A stretch of 63,939 nucleotides of DNA, filler included, from Kipferlia bialata (Eukaryota), in the NCBI GenBank assembly GCA_003568945.1. It is 6 parts of 6 records of this genome, joined end to end, with 100 filler letters (N's around TTAATTAATTAA, not from the genome) between each part and the next. Parts side by side here need not be neighbours in the genome. Positions count along the whole stretch, not along the records: positions 36,753 to 48,878 come from BDIP01001130.1; positions 48,979 to 61,092 come from BDIP01001131.1; 4 more parts are not named here. One strand, written 5' to 3'. A program made the position numbers and the translations under genes. The notes below the pieces were generated by a model. The model saw only the letters and a list, made by a program, of their open reading frames with translations, did not search any database and had not been told where the DNA came from. Below are positions 37,330 to 52,200 of this stretch, piece by piece; position 1 is the stretch's first letter, and the number at the start of each line of letters is the position of its first letter.

Positions 37330-40300
37330 CCTCTGTCTCTCTGTCTGCATCTGATTCAGGCTGGTATCTATGCTGCCTGGGAAGGATACCTCTGGACTGG
37401 TGGTCTCTGATGACTACACTGAGAGTGAGGGGGAGAGTGATTGGGAGAGTGGTAGTGATGGGGAGGTGGAGAGTGGGCATCCTGTTACTGTCAGTTCACA
37501 CACCCAGACCGAGGAGAGGGAGAGGGAGAGAGAGAGAGAGAGGGAGACTGGCAGGGCAGGTGGCGCCCTCTCCTCTGCTGCCTCAGGTGCAGATGCCATC
37601 CTGCGTGCCATAAAGGGTGTAGAAGGGGCAGAGGGGACAGGGGGTGGGCGCATCCGTATACCCAGGTATGTGTCCAATATCAGTATCATTATCATTATCA
37701 GTATCTAGTATGATAGTCTAGTATGATACTGATACTGATACACAGGGAGAGTAGGTCTGTGTCCCCTCGGCCAGTGAGGGCAGGTGCAGCTACGACTGCT
37801 AAGCTGGGGGTTGCCCCCTCTGATGGTGTGGCTGCTGCACTCTCCACCCTGGCAGACTCTATACGCGTCAAGGAGAGGGGGGGAGCGTCTACACGCACCA
37901 GGCGCACTCTCACCCCGTGCTCCCCTGTAGTTATGCCGGGACAGACACCCACTAGAGGGGGATCTAGGGAGGGAGAGGGAGAGAGAGAGTCCAAGGAGAG
38001 CATGGGTGTCAACTTCACCCTCAACACCCCAGAGCCACAAGGGGAGGGAGAGAGGGAGAGGGAGAGAGAGGGAGGAAGGAACATTGTGGTTGATGTGCTG
38101 TCCCCTGCCGCTCTGGTTCCCACTATAGTACCAGGGTACGTGCAGAGAGAGACACAGGGAGAGAGAGGGGGAGCTGGTGGTAAGGAGCCCCAATGGGAGC
38201 CCTTTGATGCAGCCAGTGTCAGAAGAGGGGGAGAGAGGCAGAGGGAGAGAGAGACACTATCTACCAGGAGACGTGCTGCCACTGTATCCCAGACCCAGAG
38301 GAGAGAGAGAGGGAGACTATCTACTCAGACCCAGTCGCAGAGGAGGAGGGAGGGTAGAGATGGTAAGAGAGAGAGGTCCACTTCGCAGGCCAAGCCCAAA
38401 GCTAGGCAGTCCCGGTACACATCGGCACCGCCCTTACCTATAGTAGGTACACACACACCTCTCTCTCTCTATCCCTCTCTTCAATATATATATATGTATA
38501 TGTATATGTATTTATATATCCAGATAGATGAATATATGTCTCACTGTAGGTGTCCTCAAGAAGAGACACCATATTGTATATTCTCCCCCTGTCTCTCCAT
38601 GCATATACAAATGTATATATATGTCTCTCTCACTCCAGGTGTGCTCAAGAAGAGGCTGAAGGAGGCACGGGCAGAGCAAGAGAGGAGTGAGGCTAAGGTA
38701 TATATATGTATACAGTGGTATAGTGTATAGGTAGAGAGAGAGAGAGAGTAAGACACAGGCAGAGCAGGAGAGAAGCGACGCTAAGGTATGCGTAAGTGTG
38801 TGTATGTATGAGCATAGGGTGATCCTCTCTCATTGTAGTGTGGACATGAACTTAGTACTAACCCCAGGCCCGCCACTCCCACTCCCTTGTCCTCAATATA
38901 TATACATATATATATATGTGTGTGCAGTAATACTAGGGTTTGGAGTAGTGGATGGTTGTATTAACCTTAGGCCCGCCACTCGCACTCCCTTGTCCTGAAG
39001 GAGAGGGCAGAGAAGAGAGTGAAGGAGCGGAGTGCCAAGGAGGTATACTAGATTGTATATGTATATGTGCTATTATATATGTATAGAGATAGCAGAGAAG
39101 AGGGTGAAGGAGAGTGCCAAAGAGGTATGAGCACTATACATATAGTATTCGTCCCCTCTAGAATAGGTTCGTATGGAGAGGGTCAAGCAGAGAAGCGCCC
39201 GTCTTCCTTCTTCCCCCACTCCTTCCCCCCTCACCCCCAGGTTCTGAGGAGACTGCTGAAGGAGAAGGCAGACCTCGAGGCAAAGGTATGGAGTAATATA
39301 TACATGTATATGGTTCCAATTTCTTTGAATATGTCTTCTCATGTCAGGTGGCCTCTCTGGAGAGCATGGGCAGGGTCATCAAGGGCGAGAAGCAGGTGGG
39401 GGGGATACATGGATATATACAAGTTCTCTTTTAGGTATTTGAATTGTACTCTATTACAATTCTCTCTCTCTCTCTATTTTGACCCTGACCCTAGGCCGTA
39501 TCCTCTGAGAGGGCTGCCCTGCTGAGAAGACTCAGACTCACACAGGAGCAGGCAGAGGCACTGGGTGAGTATACATATGTATAATATGTGCACTTGCAAT
39601 TAGAAATATATGTATTTATCCCCTCACCCTTAGGTGGAGAGATGCGCAGTGCCAGGGAGAGAGAGGCATGTGCCATCAACATGCTGAGGTATGTATTTAA
39701 TATATACATATCTATACGTTGATATATATATATATCAGTATACTAACAAGCTAGGACTGCCTCCCTCAAGGGCGTCTCCACCCCAGCCCTCACATACACT
39801 CTGCATAAGGGGTCCAAGGCATCTGGTGTGTCCAGCAGTACAGTGTCTGTGTCTACAAAGGGTAGTAAGGGTGCCAAGAGTGGCAAGGCCAAGGCTAAGG
39901 AGGACCTCTACACCAGGCTGTACAGGTCAGGGAGACACGTTGAGGACCCATCCCTGCAGGTGGGTATATATATCTCTCTCTCTTTCATAGTAAATACATG
40001 TGTATATATATATTGTTATATATACAATTCATCTCTCTAGTCTGTTATGGTATACTGTGCAAGATACACACTTACCTGTCAGATGATTAACATATTGACA
40101 GATGCATGTGTGTGTGTCTCTCTCTCTGACTATTCAGGTGATTGAGGAGCCCTGGCGCCCTAGGAGGGGCTCCACCAAGCCAATCAGACCCAGGAGAGTG
40201 AAGCCCAAGAGACACCACACCAAGTATACCAAGTCCAGGCCTAGCCCTAGACCTGTGTCTCTGACTGAGTCTGTGCTAGGTAGTGCATCCACCCAGAGAG

Positions 40301-41192
40301 AGAGGGAGAGAGAGAGGGAGAGTGAGAGGCTTAGGACCCTGAAGACCTCTGTCTCCAGGATCAGGGGTCAGAAGATACCCAAGAGGGAGAGAGAGAGGGT
40401 TGATATGGTGGATGTCCGTTCCACTGATGTTCTGCCCCCACCCCCCAGTGCCACAGAGGCTAAGGGTAGGGGGAGACATGCATCTAGACATGCTAGACCT
40501 AGTGGAGAAAGAGATGCAGCAAGGGAGGAGGTGTTTAGGCCCCTTGATGGTGGGTATGACAGTGGGACAGAGAGTGACACAGACTCAGACGGGGGCATGG
40601 CAGTCGATGAGAGGTAGGGGTACTGTTGTGTGTGTGTGTTCATGCAAGGTACAAGGTTCAACTCAATTCATATAGTCTGACCCTCAGGAGTCTGCGTCTG
40701 TTGCAAGAGTACCAGCACCTGCTTGAGGACAAGTGCCGCAGACTGGAAGAGAGTGGGGTCACTCTACATACCCATACTGGGGAGAGGGTGAGTGTGGATA
40801 TGGGGGAGAGAGAGAGAGTGGAGGAGGTCCCCCACCACACTGCAGTGAGAGAGATAGAGAGGGAGAGAGAGAGTGGCCCAGCCTTTGGCTTTGCTGAGCC
40901 TGACCACTCTCTCACACCCACTCTGTCTCAGGAACCCATAGATGGAGAGAGGGAGAGAGAGGGTAGGGAAGGTGTGTCCACCCCGGCTGTGTCTCTACAG
41001 GAGCCAGGCAGTGACAGAGGGGAGAGAGGGGAGAGAGGGGAGAGAGGGGAGTCCAGTATTCTGACCTCTTCTACACTGCCTCTAGAGGGTATGGAGGGTG
41101 TAGATGCCCTCCCTATCACAGCTGCCCTGCCCAGGAGTGATGTATCTCTATACAGAACAGTGGCCAAGGTGTACGAAGAGGGAGTGGAATAG
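36997..41192 (+). CDS. Hypothetical low-complexity/coiled-coil protein, multi-exon, probably 5' truncated
   Basis: GC-rich exons bounded by canonical sites: an acidic/Ser N-region, ER-repeat segments, and a coiled coil (VLKKRLKEARAEQERSEAK, VLRRLLKEKADLEAK, LRLLQEYQHLLEDKCRRLEE). Stop at 41190-41192. Confidence 0.65.
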
Positions 41193-41354
41193 AATACTAC
41201 TTATTATCAATATTTCTTGGTCAGGGAATGTAGAAAATCTCATGTATTTGGTTTGCCATATAGAACAGTCGCTAAAGTGTACGATATGGGAGTATAATAG
41301 AACACAACTATGTAACCTACTACTCTATACAATAGTAATTGTACACTCTCTATT

Positions 41355-43065
41355 CTATGTCACTGTTGTTCTCAGTGTCTCCACCACTCTGGTATGTGCT
41401 GTATTGAGTCCCCTCAGGTCTCTCTTGGCAGTACGCACAGCCTCGGAGGCCATGGAGATCCTCTCGAGCAGCCTCTCTCTCTCCCTCAGCCTACCTGCAT
41501 CTGCCTCTGCCCTGGGTGTGAGATACTGACATATAATTGTGAAATATACAGTTGTAAACTAATATACCTAACTGCCCTCTGCACCGCAAGCTCCCGGTCA
41601 CAACGCTGCTGGGCAGTGTCGGTGCGTCGGCTCCATCTAGGGTAAGAGGGTGTGTATGTATATAAGAGAGAGAGCAAGCGAGAGAGAGTGCGAGAGACAG
41701 ATGGAGAAAGAGATGGATACCTCCTGTCGAATGCCCTGATGCGCACTGCCCCAGCTGCGTTGCTCTCCCTCTCTGTCCCCTCCACCCCCACCTGCACTGA
41801 CGCATGCTGGCCCTCGGCCTCACGCACCCTGTCTCTCACCTGGAGTTATCAATATAGTTGTTGTNNNNNNNNNNNNNNNNNNNNNNNNNNNNNNNNNNNN
41901 NNNNNNNNNNNNNNNNNNNNNNNNNNNNNNNNNNNNNNNNNNNNNNNNNNNNNNNNNNNNNNNNNNNNNNNNNNNNNNNNNNNNNNNNNNNNNNNNNNNN
42001 NNNNNNNNNNNNNNNNNNNNNNNNNNNNNNNNNNNTACTATTATATACATATATGTATATATGCACAGAGGCATGCTCGCCCTCGGCCTCTCTGACCCTG
42101 TCTCGGACCTGGAGTTATATATTTATACCCCTATGCAGTATATCCCAGCATATATATCGCCCTCGGCCTCCCACACTCTGTCTCTGACCTCGAGGGTGGG
42201 AGTAGGTACATGACATACATAAATATCATGTGACCACTGATGCCCACCTTTCTCTCGATAGCCTTGGCCTGTGAGTGTCTCTCCGACACTGCATTCCTGG
42301 TCTCCTCGGCCTGGGAGGCCCTGGGGTGAGAACAAATAACACACATGCACTGATTTCAACAATCTCTCACATGTCCCTTCCCAGATCCTGTCTCACCTGT
42401 GCCCCAGCTCTGCTGTCCATCCCCTCACCCTCCCTCTCTCCCCTATCTCTCTATATACGTATATATACCACTGGTCTCTCTATCCTATATCCCTCTCTCT
42501 GTATGTACCTGTGCCCCAGCTCTGCTGTCCATCCCCCCCCCTCTATCTTTCTGTCTATCTGTATAAATATATCCTCTATCTCTCTCTGTGTATATATATA
42601 CCTGTGCCCGAGCTCTGCTGTCCATCCCCTCACCCTGTGCAACAGAGCCCCGGACCCAGACTGAGGGGTGAGGAAAGCAGTGAATACTACATATGGAGAG
42701 AACAAATCACACTTATATGTCTCACCAATGTTGGGGGTGAGACGGGTACATACAGACATTCATGAATGAACATCCATATGGTATATCCCATAGTACTGAC
42801 TGCGAGTGATAATAAGTTTTATAATATACCTGGAGTGCCGACAGTGCTGCCTCGTTGGATGCCTGGTCTGTCTTCTCACTCACTCTCTCTCTCTCTATAT
42901 ATATATACATACTATACATATACTTATATATATGTACCTGCAGTGCCGATAGTGCTGCCTCATTCGATGCCTGGTCTGTCTGCCTCAGGAGGTGGAGCTC
43001 AGAGGCATGCTTCTCTAGCAGCTGGGGTTAATATATATACATATAGACAGACACACACACACAGA

Positions 43066-43105
<40 letters not shown>

Positions 43106-44237
43106 CTTCAAGGTGCTGGGTGAGTACATACATATACAAACTCTCTCTACTATACATATATACACATCCACCCACCCTGGCCATGACCACCTCGGGTGAT
43201 GCATCCCCAGTGGGGGTCTCGGCCACAATGTGCTGGGGGGTAAGGGAATGTATATCAACCAACAAATATCTGTATTTATCTCTATAAATGAAATATATTG
43301 TGTTTATATGTGGCCACAATGTGTTGGAGGGTCAGTTAGGCATATGCAAAATATACTCTCATATATACACAATCATTATCCATACACCCACATCCTGTAC
43401 ATACCTGTATATCGTCCAGAGCATTCATAGCTATCAGCCTCTGGTGGTCTGGCTGTATCTCACTCCGCTGGGCAGCCAACTCAGCACGCCGCAGGGCAGC
43501 AAGATCAAGCCTAATCGTGAGATAGAGTAGATCGTATGTAGTGTGCGTCCTACAGAAGCGAGGCACTGACACATTAATAGGGAGACGACGTCCTTTCAAT
43601 ATTCAGCTCCAGTGATAGTATAGCGTACATGTGTCAAAGTAGCAAAGGGATACTGCAAGTACACATTGCATATACCTCACTGCGTGTGGGGCTGGTGGGA
43701 GGGAGGGTAGCTTTGGGGGGACAGGGTGCTGGGCCTGAGTCAGAGGGAGAGAGAGAGTAGATATAACGGGGGGGGGGGGCGAAGGGCGGAGCAACATCAC
43801 ACTGAGATGGATGTACAGTTGGGGGTAGGGTGGGTATAGGGAGAGAACGAGAGAGAGAGAGAGCACTACCTTCTTCAGTATGTCTGCTATTCTCTCCAGC
43901 TTGTCTATGGTCAGCCTACGCTGCAGACGGGTGGCCTTGACCACATCGGTCCTGGGGTGGGAGAGGAGATCAGACACATACATAGTGTGATACTGTATTC
44001 ATACGTACCTCTGCCTCAAGTCTGTGGCCCTTATCCTCATCTCCTGGACATGCACATGGGAGGAGGCTGGGGTAAGAGGTCCCGTCCACATGAGTATAGA
44101 TGACGAGTAGTTGCATTACCTGTCCCTGTGACGCACTCAAACACCCTCCTCTCCCTGTCCAACAGACCCAGCCTCAGGGCATTCACCCGGCCAAAGGCAG
44201 CCTCAGTCTGCGTCACTGACACTTGGGACGTGTCCAT
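41355..44237 (-). CDS. Hypothetical coiled-coil protein, multi-exon (contains an N gap)
   Basis: MDTSQVSVTQTEAAFGRVNALRLGLLDRERR…, RLQRRLTIDKLERIADILKK, LDLAALRRAELAAQRSEIQ, …TRVVETLRTTVT*; canonical splice sites. Confidence 0.65.
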
Positions 44238-44498
44238 GTGAGTAGTAGGACACACCACACCAGGATGGCGCAGTGAGTGAAGAGAGAAGGACCGCTTGAA
44301 CTTTTGAAGTGCACATGTGTTTTTGCCGCCAATCTGCACCCTTGCCAGGTAATCTTCAGTACCTCTCTATAGGCCCTATTTCGTGCTACTAGCGGGGTTA
44401 TCGGGCTGTACTGCTGCGTTAACAGAGCCTAACCGTTCGTCAATAGTTGTGGTTCGTATCAGAGTAAGTGAATCTGTGTTCATTGCAGTGAGTGAGTG

Positions 44499-44501
<3 letters not shown>

Positions 44502-44550
<49 letters not shown>
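44502..44550. repeat. (GA)n microsatellite
   Basis: About 24 GA units, one of many GA/CT and TA tracts. Confidence 0.95.
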
Positions 44551-44551
<1 letters not shown>

Positions 44552-44845
44552 ATGGTGCGGCGACCCTCCCCCCTGGACCTTGAGGTTGCTGTGCGCTCTG
44601 TCAATCTGGACGCAGATGCACTCCCCTGCGCGGCATCTGACCTGTGTCTGGCAGTGTCCATGGAGGTATGAGTATTGTACATATATGCAGTATCGACTCT
44701 CGCTCTGACCCAGAGTTGGGCACTCTCTCTTGCAGTTATGCAGGCAGTTCCTCCTTTGGCTATATCCCCCCCCTCCCCCATCGGTTCCCTCCCCCATACT
44801 CTCACTCTCTCTCCCCCCTCATGTCAGCATGTCCCTGCCCTATGT

Positions 44846-44889
<44 letters not shown>

Positions 44890-47800
44890 GTCAGCATGTC
44901 CCTGCCGTATCCTCTCTCTCTCTCTCTCTCCTCTCATATCAGCATGTCCCTGCCGTATCCTCTCTCNNNNCTCTCTCTCTCTCTCCTCTCATATCAGCAT
45001 GTCCCTGCCGTATCCTCTCTCTCTCCCCCCCCCCCCCCCCGCCCCTCATATCAGCATGTCCCTGCTGTCTGTTTCGACTGTGCCCAGGACCTGTGTGAGA
45101 TCAGGAGAGAGACAGTGGCACTCGACGAAGATATCTTGTTCACAAGTCTCTCAGGTACACATAGGGCTAGTCATGTACCCATGTATTCTATCTATTCCAT
45201 TTGTCTATCTGGTCTAACACCCTCAGGTGCATCTATCCACTGTTATTAGCACGCATTACATTGTCTATAATAATCTCATTTCCAGGCGCCCTGACTGTCT
45301 CCCTGTGCATGCCCCATGTATATGTATATCTGCCAGTATATATATATTATTAATCATCGCGTCCTTACCCCCTAGGTGCCCTGACTGTCTCCCTGTGCAT
45401 GCCCCCCCCTGTGACTAGGGGTCAGGCAGTGCCAGCACAGTGTGACACAGTGGCACATGCTAAGGTATATATGTATATATGCATACTTAGTGTATTATAC
45501 TATTACTATATAGTATACTGTTACTATTAGTGCCAACACTCAGTGTGACACAGTGGTACATGCTAGGGTATGGTGTATATGTGTATATTTACTGGTTTTA
45601 CAATAAGTGTATGTCTCTTCCCTGACTCTAGATCCCCCTCCTGTCCCACTGTGGTATCTCTCTCTCTCCCTCTGTGCATTGTTACATAGTAAATACTATA
45701 GTATAAATATATATATGTGTGTGTGTGTACTGACTCTAGATCCCCCTTCTGTCCCACTGTGGTGTCACCTCCCTGTCTGAACTGCTATTCCTGGACGAGA
45801 CAGTGTGCCTGGCAGTACCACCAGCTACTAGTGCCTCTGGTGCAAGGGGTGCCGCCGAGGGGACACCCGTGGGTACAGTCAGGGTCACAGCGAGGTAAGG
45901 ACATGTATGTATATTGACATATATATTAGTTTTAATATATGTATATAATACATGTATATCGTCTCTAATCCCCAGGCTGTGTGTGCATGGTGACGGTGTG
46001 CTAGTGCTGACATCTGAGTCTGGCCCAGCTGTTGTGTCTAGGGACTCAGTGTCAAGGGAGAGAGGGAGAGGGAGTAGGAGTAGGAGTAGGAGGGAGACTA
46101 GAGTCGAGAGCAGCCCCGTTCCCCAGATAGCGGCTGAGAGACCCCCAGCCCCTGTATCTACCTCCCCACCCGTGACTGTGGAGGTGCATACACCGGCAGT
46201 GGTGCCTGTACAGAGAGAGCGGGAGACAGAGAGGGTAGAGGCAGAGAGAGAGAGAGAGACTGCCCCCACAGTCCCTTCTGTACCTTCAGTTCGTGTGGTA
46301 CCTGGTACCTCCTCCCCTCCGAGAGAGAGACCTGCCCCCTCCCTACCTGTCTACAAGAGGAGGAGTGACCACTTCTCAACGGGGTCAGACGGTACACTCC
46401 TGATAGACGGCACAAGACAGCCCAAGACCCCTGCCCGTACGTCCAACGGCACCCCTGCACAGGTGCCTGCTGTGGGTAGCATAGGACTGATGTACCCCCA
46501 GCCTCCCCCCATGCACTTCTCCAGTGGGGCCAGACGCGCTTCCTCTCCCAAGTCTCCCTCTACAACCGCTACAGATAGTAAGGGTGCAGAGAGAGAGAGA
46601 GAGAGGGGCAGGTCGATGTTCAAGTGTGAGTATGAGGAGAGGACTGTACCCGGTGGTATGAGTGGGACTGGGCAGAGACCCGGTGCATACCCCATGCCCT
46701 CTATACCAGGCCACACACATGCAGTGCGCATACCCTCTATACGTACCTGCTACCCCCTTGGTCAGACTGCCCAGTCTGTCAGACACACTGTCTATGAGCA
46801 GGCAGGGGTGGAGACTAGACAGGAGCTTGCTGATCTAGTCAGTGGGGTGGTGAGGGATACCATGCGTGACATGTCTACTACTGGTACTAGGCCACGCACA
46901 GTGCCGTCTCATCTGTATGGAGGGGGACTAGTGGATCCTGCCTCCCCCTCACCCCGCTCGCAGCAGAGACTGAGGCGCAACCTGGGCCATGCTCTACTAT
47001 CTGCGATGGTATCTGCCCTAGGGGAAGAGACTGACAGCAAGGGGGAGGGAGAGGGAGAGGGTGGGGTTGCAGAGGCGCTGCAGGCTGCTGCCCGGAAACA
47101 GAAGTACGACAAGAGGGAGAGGGAGAGGGAGAGAGAGAAGGAGAGAGAGAAGCGGGGCACCTCGGCCACCCCTGTCACACCGATAGGGGTCATGCGGCAG
47201 AACTCACTGTTCAGGACTGACATACAGCTGAGTGACGTCAGTGAGTATGGACCCGACTCAGACTTTGAGTACAGTGTCAGCATAGGGGGGGTCGGAAGGT
47301 AGTGTATATGACACCTATGTAAATGTATATATGATTCAGTACCCCCCCCCCCCTCTAACCCCCAGGAGTGTCAGCAAGAGTGGCGGCCGGAGTGTGGGCC
47401 GCGCTGGGCGTGGTGGCCGTACCGCCCGTGGAGACAGCCGGCCTGTCTCCCGCCAGTCCTCCTCCCCTGACACTGATGTGGTGACATCAGACATGGACAC
47501 TGCTGTGACATCCAGCATACCAGACGCCACGAGCAGGTATATAAACATATATATATATATTCATGCCAAACGCCACAGGAAGGTACATGCGTCTCTCTCT
47601 CTCTTTCTCTCCCATCCTCTTCCCTCCTCTCATCCCAGTGTGATTGACGATACCACGGCCAGTCCAGTGGAGACAGTGGGTAGTGGAGATGAGAGGGAGA
47701 GAGAGAGGGGTACTGTCAGGAGGGTGGTGCTCTCCAACAGGAGTAGCCCCACCTCTACCTCAGGGGAGGGGGGGAGTGACGTGGTTGCCATCGGGCCAGG

Positions 47801-48814
47801 GGGCAGTGCCGAGCTGCACACACCCGGTGTCCAGAAGGGAGGGGTGCGGATGACACCCATAGCCAACAGGAGTGGCCTTGTGGCGTCTGATAGGCTACCC
47901 GGTGCAGTGGCAGACGACAATGACACGAGTCCCTTCAATGTGGATGTGTCTGGGATATCTGGTATCACACCCACAGGGACACCCTACCTCCACACCTCCT
48001 TCACCCCTGTCCATGCCAGGACACCCACCCCACTGGGTACACACCTCCCACAGGCACAGTATGGGAAGGGGCCTAGCAGTGGCACTGGTGCTGGAGGTGC
48101 CGCTGGGACCTCCCCCTCTCTCGAGTACACCCCCCCTCAGTCACCCTCTGGTATGCAGGTGGTGGATCAGACAACAATGTCCATGGGTGGGGTGGACCAG
48201 ACCACACTCTCTGGCATCAAGGGTGAGGACAGCCTGGACATGTCATATGCAGCACGGGCTGAGATGGATGACGACGACTACCTAAGGCTGATATTGAATG
48301 AGGGTAAGAGGAGTGGGAGCATAGGGAGGGGTAGTATGGGTGGCACACGCAGTGGTAGCATCAGTATAGGCAGGGCAGGGCATCACGATGAGTGGAGGGA
48401 CCCATCACCCATAGGCAGGATGGGAAGGATAGGGGCCATATCACCATCCCCATCGGCCTCCCTCTCCCTCTCCCTCTCTGCCAATAACAGCATAGGGCCT
48501 CAGTCCGCTAGTTACAGGCAGAGGCAGAGGGAGAGAGAGATGGAGAGACAGAGAGAGAGGACGGGGGGTAGGCCCGATATTGATAGGACCCTGGACGGGC
48601 TGGTGGGACTCAACAGATCAGACAGGTACAGTGTACTAATTGTATATATATACATCAAGTAGTATTCAGATATGGTAAATGCATATTCGTATTGTATTTG
48701 TCAGAGTGCCTATTCTTTGTTTTGTACTTATTGCTGTTCACCTTCTCCTCTAACACTAGGCGCATGGTGGCCCCATCAGGTGCCTATGGGGTGATGCTGT
48801 CAGACTACCCATAG
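44551..48814 (+). CDS. Large hypothetical protein: short beta-rich (C2-like?) N-region followed by a long disordered Ser/Pro/Gly/ER-rich tail
   Basis: Exons LEVAVRSVNLDADALPCAASDLCLAVSME|HVPAVCFD…|GALTVSLC…|…GTVRVTAR|LCVHG lead into long exons at about 45976-47298, 47366-47536 and 47639-48624. Stop at 48812-48814; the start codon was not located. Confidence 0.7.
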
Positions 48815-48878
48815 TCAGGGAGAGAGAGGGAGAGAGAGAGAGAGGGGGGGGGGGGGGCTAGCTCTTCATCAAGTATTT

Positions 48879-48978
48879 NNNNNNNNNNNNNNNNNNNNNN
48901 NNNNNNNNNNNNNNNNNNNNNNTTAATTAATTAANNNNNNNNNNNNNNNNNNNNNNNNNNNNNNNNNNNNNNNNNNNN
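48879..48978. other. Artificial scaffold-concatenation linker
   Basis: 44N-TTAATTAATTAA-44N. Confidence 0.98.
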
Positions 48979-49215
48979 AATTTTTTTTGTTTTTTTCCCC
49001 CCCCCCCCCCCCCCCAACGTCAGGATGAGGCCTCTGCCTCTGTCTCTCTCTGACACTCTACTGGAGTACATACATGTGTCTATTGTATGTAAATATGCGT
49101 CTATACCTAATGTCAGGATGAGTCCTCTGCCTCTGCCTCTCGTGACACACTACCTATACATACCTGTTCCACATATGTTATATATGTACATGCATGTATA
49201 TGTGCATAACCCCAG

Positions 49216-52200
49216 GATGACGCCTCTGCCTCTGCCTCCCTGGACCCCCTGCCCATGCTGTATCCCACCAACCAAGTCAAGACAACAAAGTACAGCGTGG
49301 TCAACTTCATACCAAAGGTGGGGGGTGTATATTTAATACTTCTCTATTGTACTATAGAATACTATAGTATAATCCTCTTGTGTATAGTGTCTCACTACCA
49401 AGTGCAGCGTGGTCAACTTCATTCCAGAGGTGGGGTATAGTTAATACTATATTGTATTATAATATACTGTAATATAGTACTCTTGTGTATAGAGTCTTGC
49501 AACCAAGAGCGAGTGTGGTCAACTTCATACCAAAGGTATTGTTCTCTAGTGTGACTGTGACTCTATTTATATTGTGTATGTTGAGTATATTTCGATAAGT
49601 GGTAGAGTCTCTATCACTGCAGTGTTGTGTGTAACCGTGTTGATTATACACCCCTAGCTTCTATGGGTCCAGTTCAAGGGTGTATATAATTAGGTTCAAT
49701 ACATAAATATTGGTGTTTGTGTGTGTGTGTGTGTGTGTTTTCCTCACCCCCAGCTGCTGTGGGACCAGTTCAAGAGACCCGCCAACCTCTTCTTCCTGGT
49801 CACAGCCATCGCAGACAGGTACTTTGACCGATATCTACACTTCTTTACGTATGGTGTATATATATTATATACATTATAAGGAGTTTTATGTGATGCTATG
49901 ATACCCTAATCCCAGTATTCCTGCCCTGACTGTGACTCACCTTCATCATATATTTATACCTTGTTATATTTATACTTATACATTGGAACATAGTGCCAAT
50001 AGTGTTTACTGCCCTGACATCAGTATTCCCGCCCTGACCGTGACTGCCCCCTTCACCTTCATCATGCTATATTATATATATATATATATATTCGTAAATA
50101 TTATATGAGTATCTATATATATTTATATATGCATTGCAATATGAACTCACTCCAGTATCCCTGCCCTCACCGTGACTGCCCCCTTCACCTTCATCTCCCC
50201 CCTGATATTCATTGTCGTCATGGCAGCAGTCAGGGAGGCACTGGACGACATGAGGAGGTAATGATGATTCGNNNNNNNNNNNNNNNNNNNNNNNNNNNNN
50301 NNNNNNNNNNNNNNNNNNNNNNNNCGATATATATATTCATTTTATGTATATGTGTGTATGTCATTGTTGTCATGGCAGCTGTCAGGGAGGCACTGGATGA
50401 CATGAGGAGGTAAGAAGAGATATACATAGTGTTTATATTGTGTATGGATATTGTATGTATTATACGTCTGGGTCATGGCAGCTGTCAGAGAGGCACTGGA
50501 CGATAAACGGAGGTAGGGCAGGATACAATGTATTCTCTTGTATATAGTGTAGATGTCTAACCCTTACCCCAGGAAGAAGGCTGACGTCACAGCCAACGCA
50601 CCCACCTTTGAAGTCATCAGGTACAGTGAATGTAAATATATTTATGTTTCTATTCAACGATATTGTATGTATCTGTTCTCCAACTCTATAGGCACTCTGA
50701 GTCTGGGATGGATCCTCTACCCAGGGCAGATGGAGAGAAGGAGAGAGAGAGACCTCAGCAGACAGGGAGGGAGAGAGAGGGTGACACCCAGACACTCACT
50801 GTGGCCAGCAAGGATATCCTAGTAGGGGACATTGTGGTGGTCAGAAGTGGGGCAGAGGTATGCATGGATAGATCCTATTTACTCATTTAGTACTTCAGAT
50901 CCCTGGTGACCTTGTTCTTCTGTCTTCCACCTTCTCCTCCATGCATTAGTCCCTACAATCTATATATTACTGATATTCTCTGTTTTATTGTCTCATTCCT
51001 CAGGTCCCTGCTGACCTTGTGCTATTGGCCTCCTCCAACACTGACAACTTTGGATACGTCCAGACCGCCAACCTGGACGGAGAGAGCAACCTCAAGGTCC
51101 GATGGTGGAGTATGAAATATTGTATTTATGGGTACCACTCTCCAGTAACCTCTAGACCGTAGCCTTTGCACTCTACCTCTCTCTCTCTCCCTATATATAT
51201 ACGTATATATGTGTTTTTCTAACTCTTAGGCCATTGCCTCCATGGACTACACCGCTGAGTGCTCATCCATAGACGACCTGTCGGCACTGTCACTATCGGT
51301 GTCAGGTACCCTTGTTATAGCTACTTATATATATATTTAGAGTAGTAAATTCACATGCTGTATCGACCTGTCGGCACTGTCACTATCAGTGTCAGGTGAG
51401 TGGAGTGTGGGTTCGCATAAACATCAACATGTCGTCTCTGCTTCCTGCTCCCTCCATATTCCTCTCATAACCAGCCCCTGCCCCGAGTGCCAGTCTCGAG
51501 GTGTTCAGTGGAGAGATGAAGGTATGGTATCTATATGTATATGTGCATACAGGTATTATTACTGCTCTCTACCTGAGTACCTTCCCTTACCTCCAAGATC
51601 AACCTCAACTCCCTCCCCGAGAGAGAGAGAGGCAGCATGGACGTATCAGTCACACAGAGCAGCACATGCGTAGGGTCATCTGTGCAATATGGGTAAGTAC
51701 TGATTCTGTATGTGAAGCAGTGCATGATACTATATCCCTCATATATACACTATATTCCCCTACTCACTCCAGATCTCTGCTGATCCCCCAGAGTGCCCCT
51801 GGCATGCTGTCATTCAGACCAAGGTATATATAGTAGTATATACGCATATCTACCTCTTACGTCCGGATACCCGTACTTTCATTCAGATAGAGGTATGAAT
51901 TACACAGTGTATCATTACTATGTATATCTGTGTACGCCCTAGATACTGACCCCAGGGACCGTAACTCTGCCGTATTATTATACATACACACACATACCGT
52001 ATATATTACTATCACTATGTACACATACACCCTGACCCAATGGCCGTACTACATATATCATTCACTATACTGAATATTGAGTGTTGTACACATGTATTGA
52101 CCCCAGGGGCCGTACCTCTGCCAGCAAGGAGAGGCGCAGCAACTCTTTACATTCTCCATATACCCTGTTAGTATGATATATTGTTTGTACCGACCCACCC

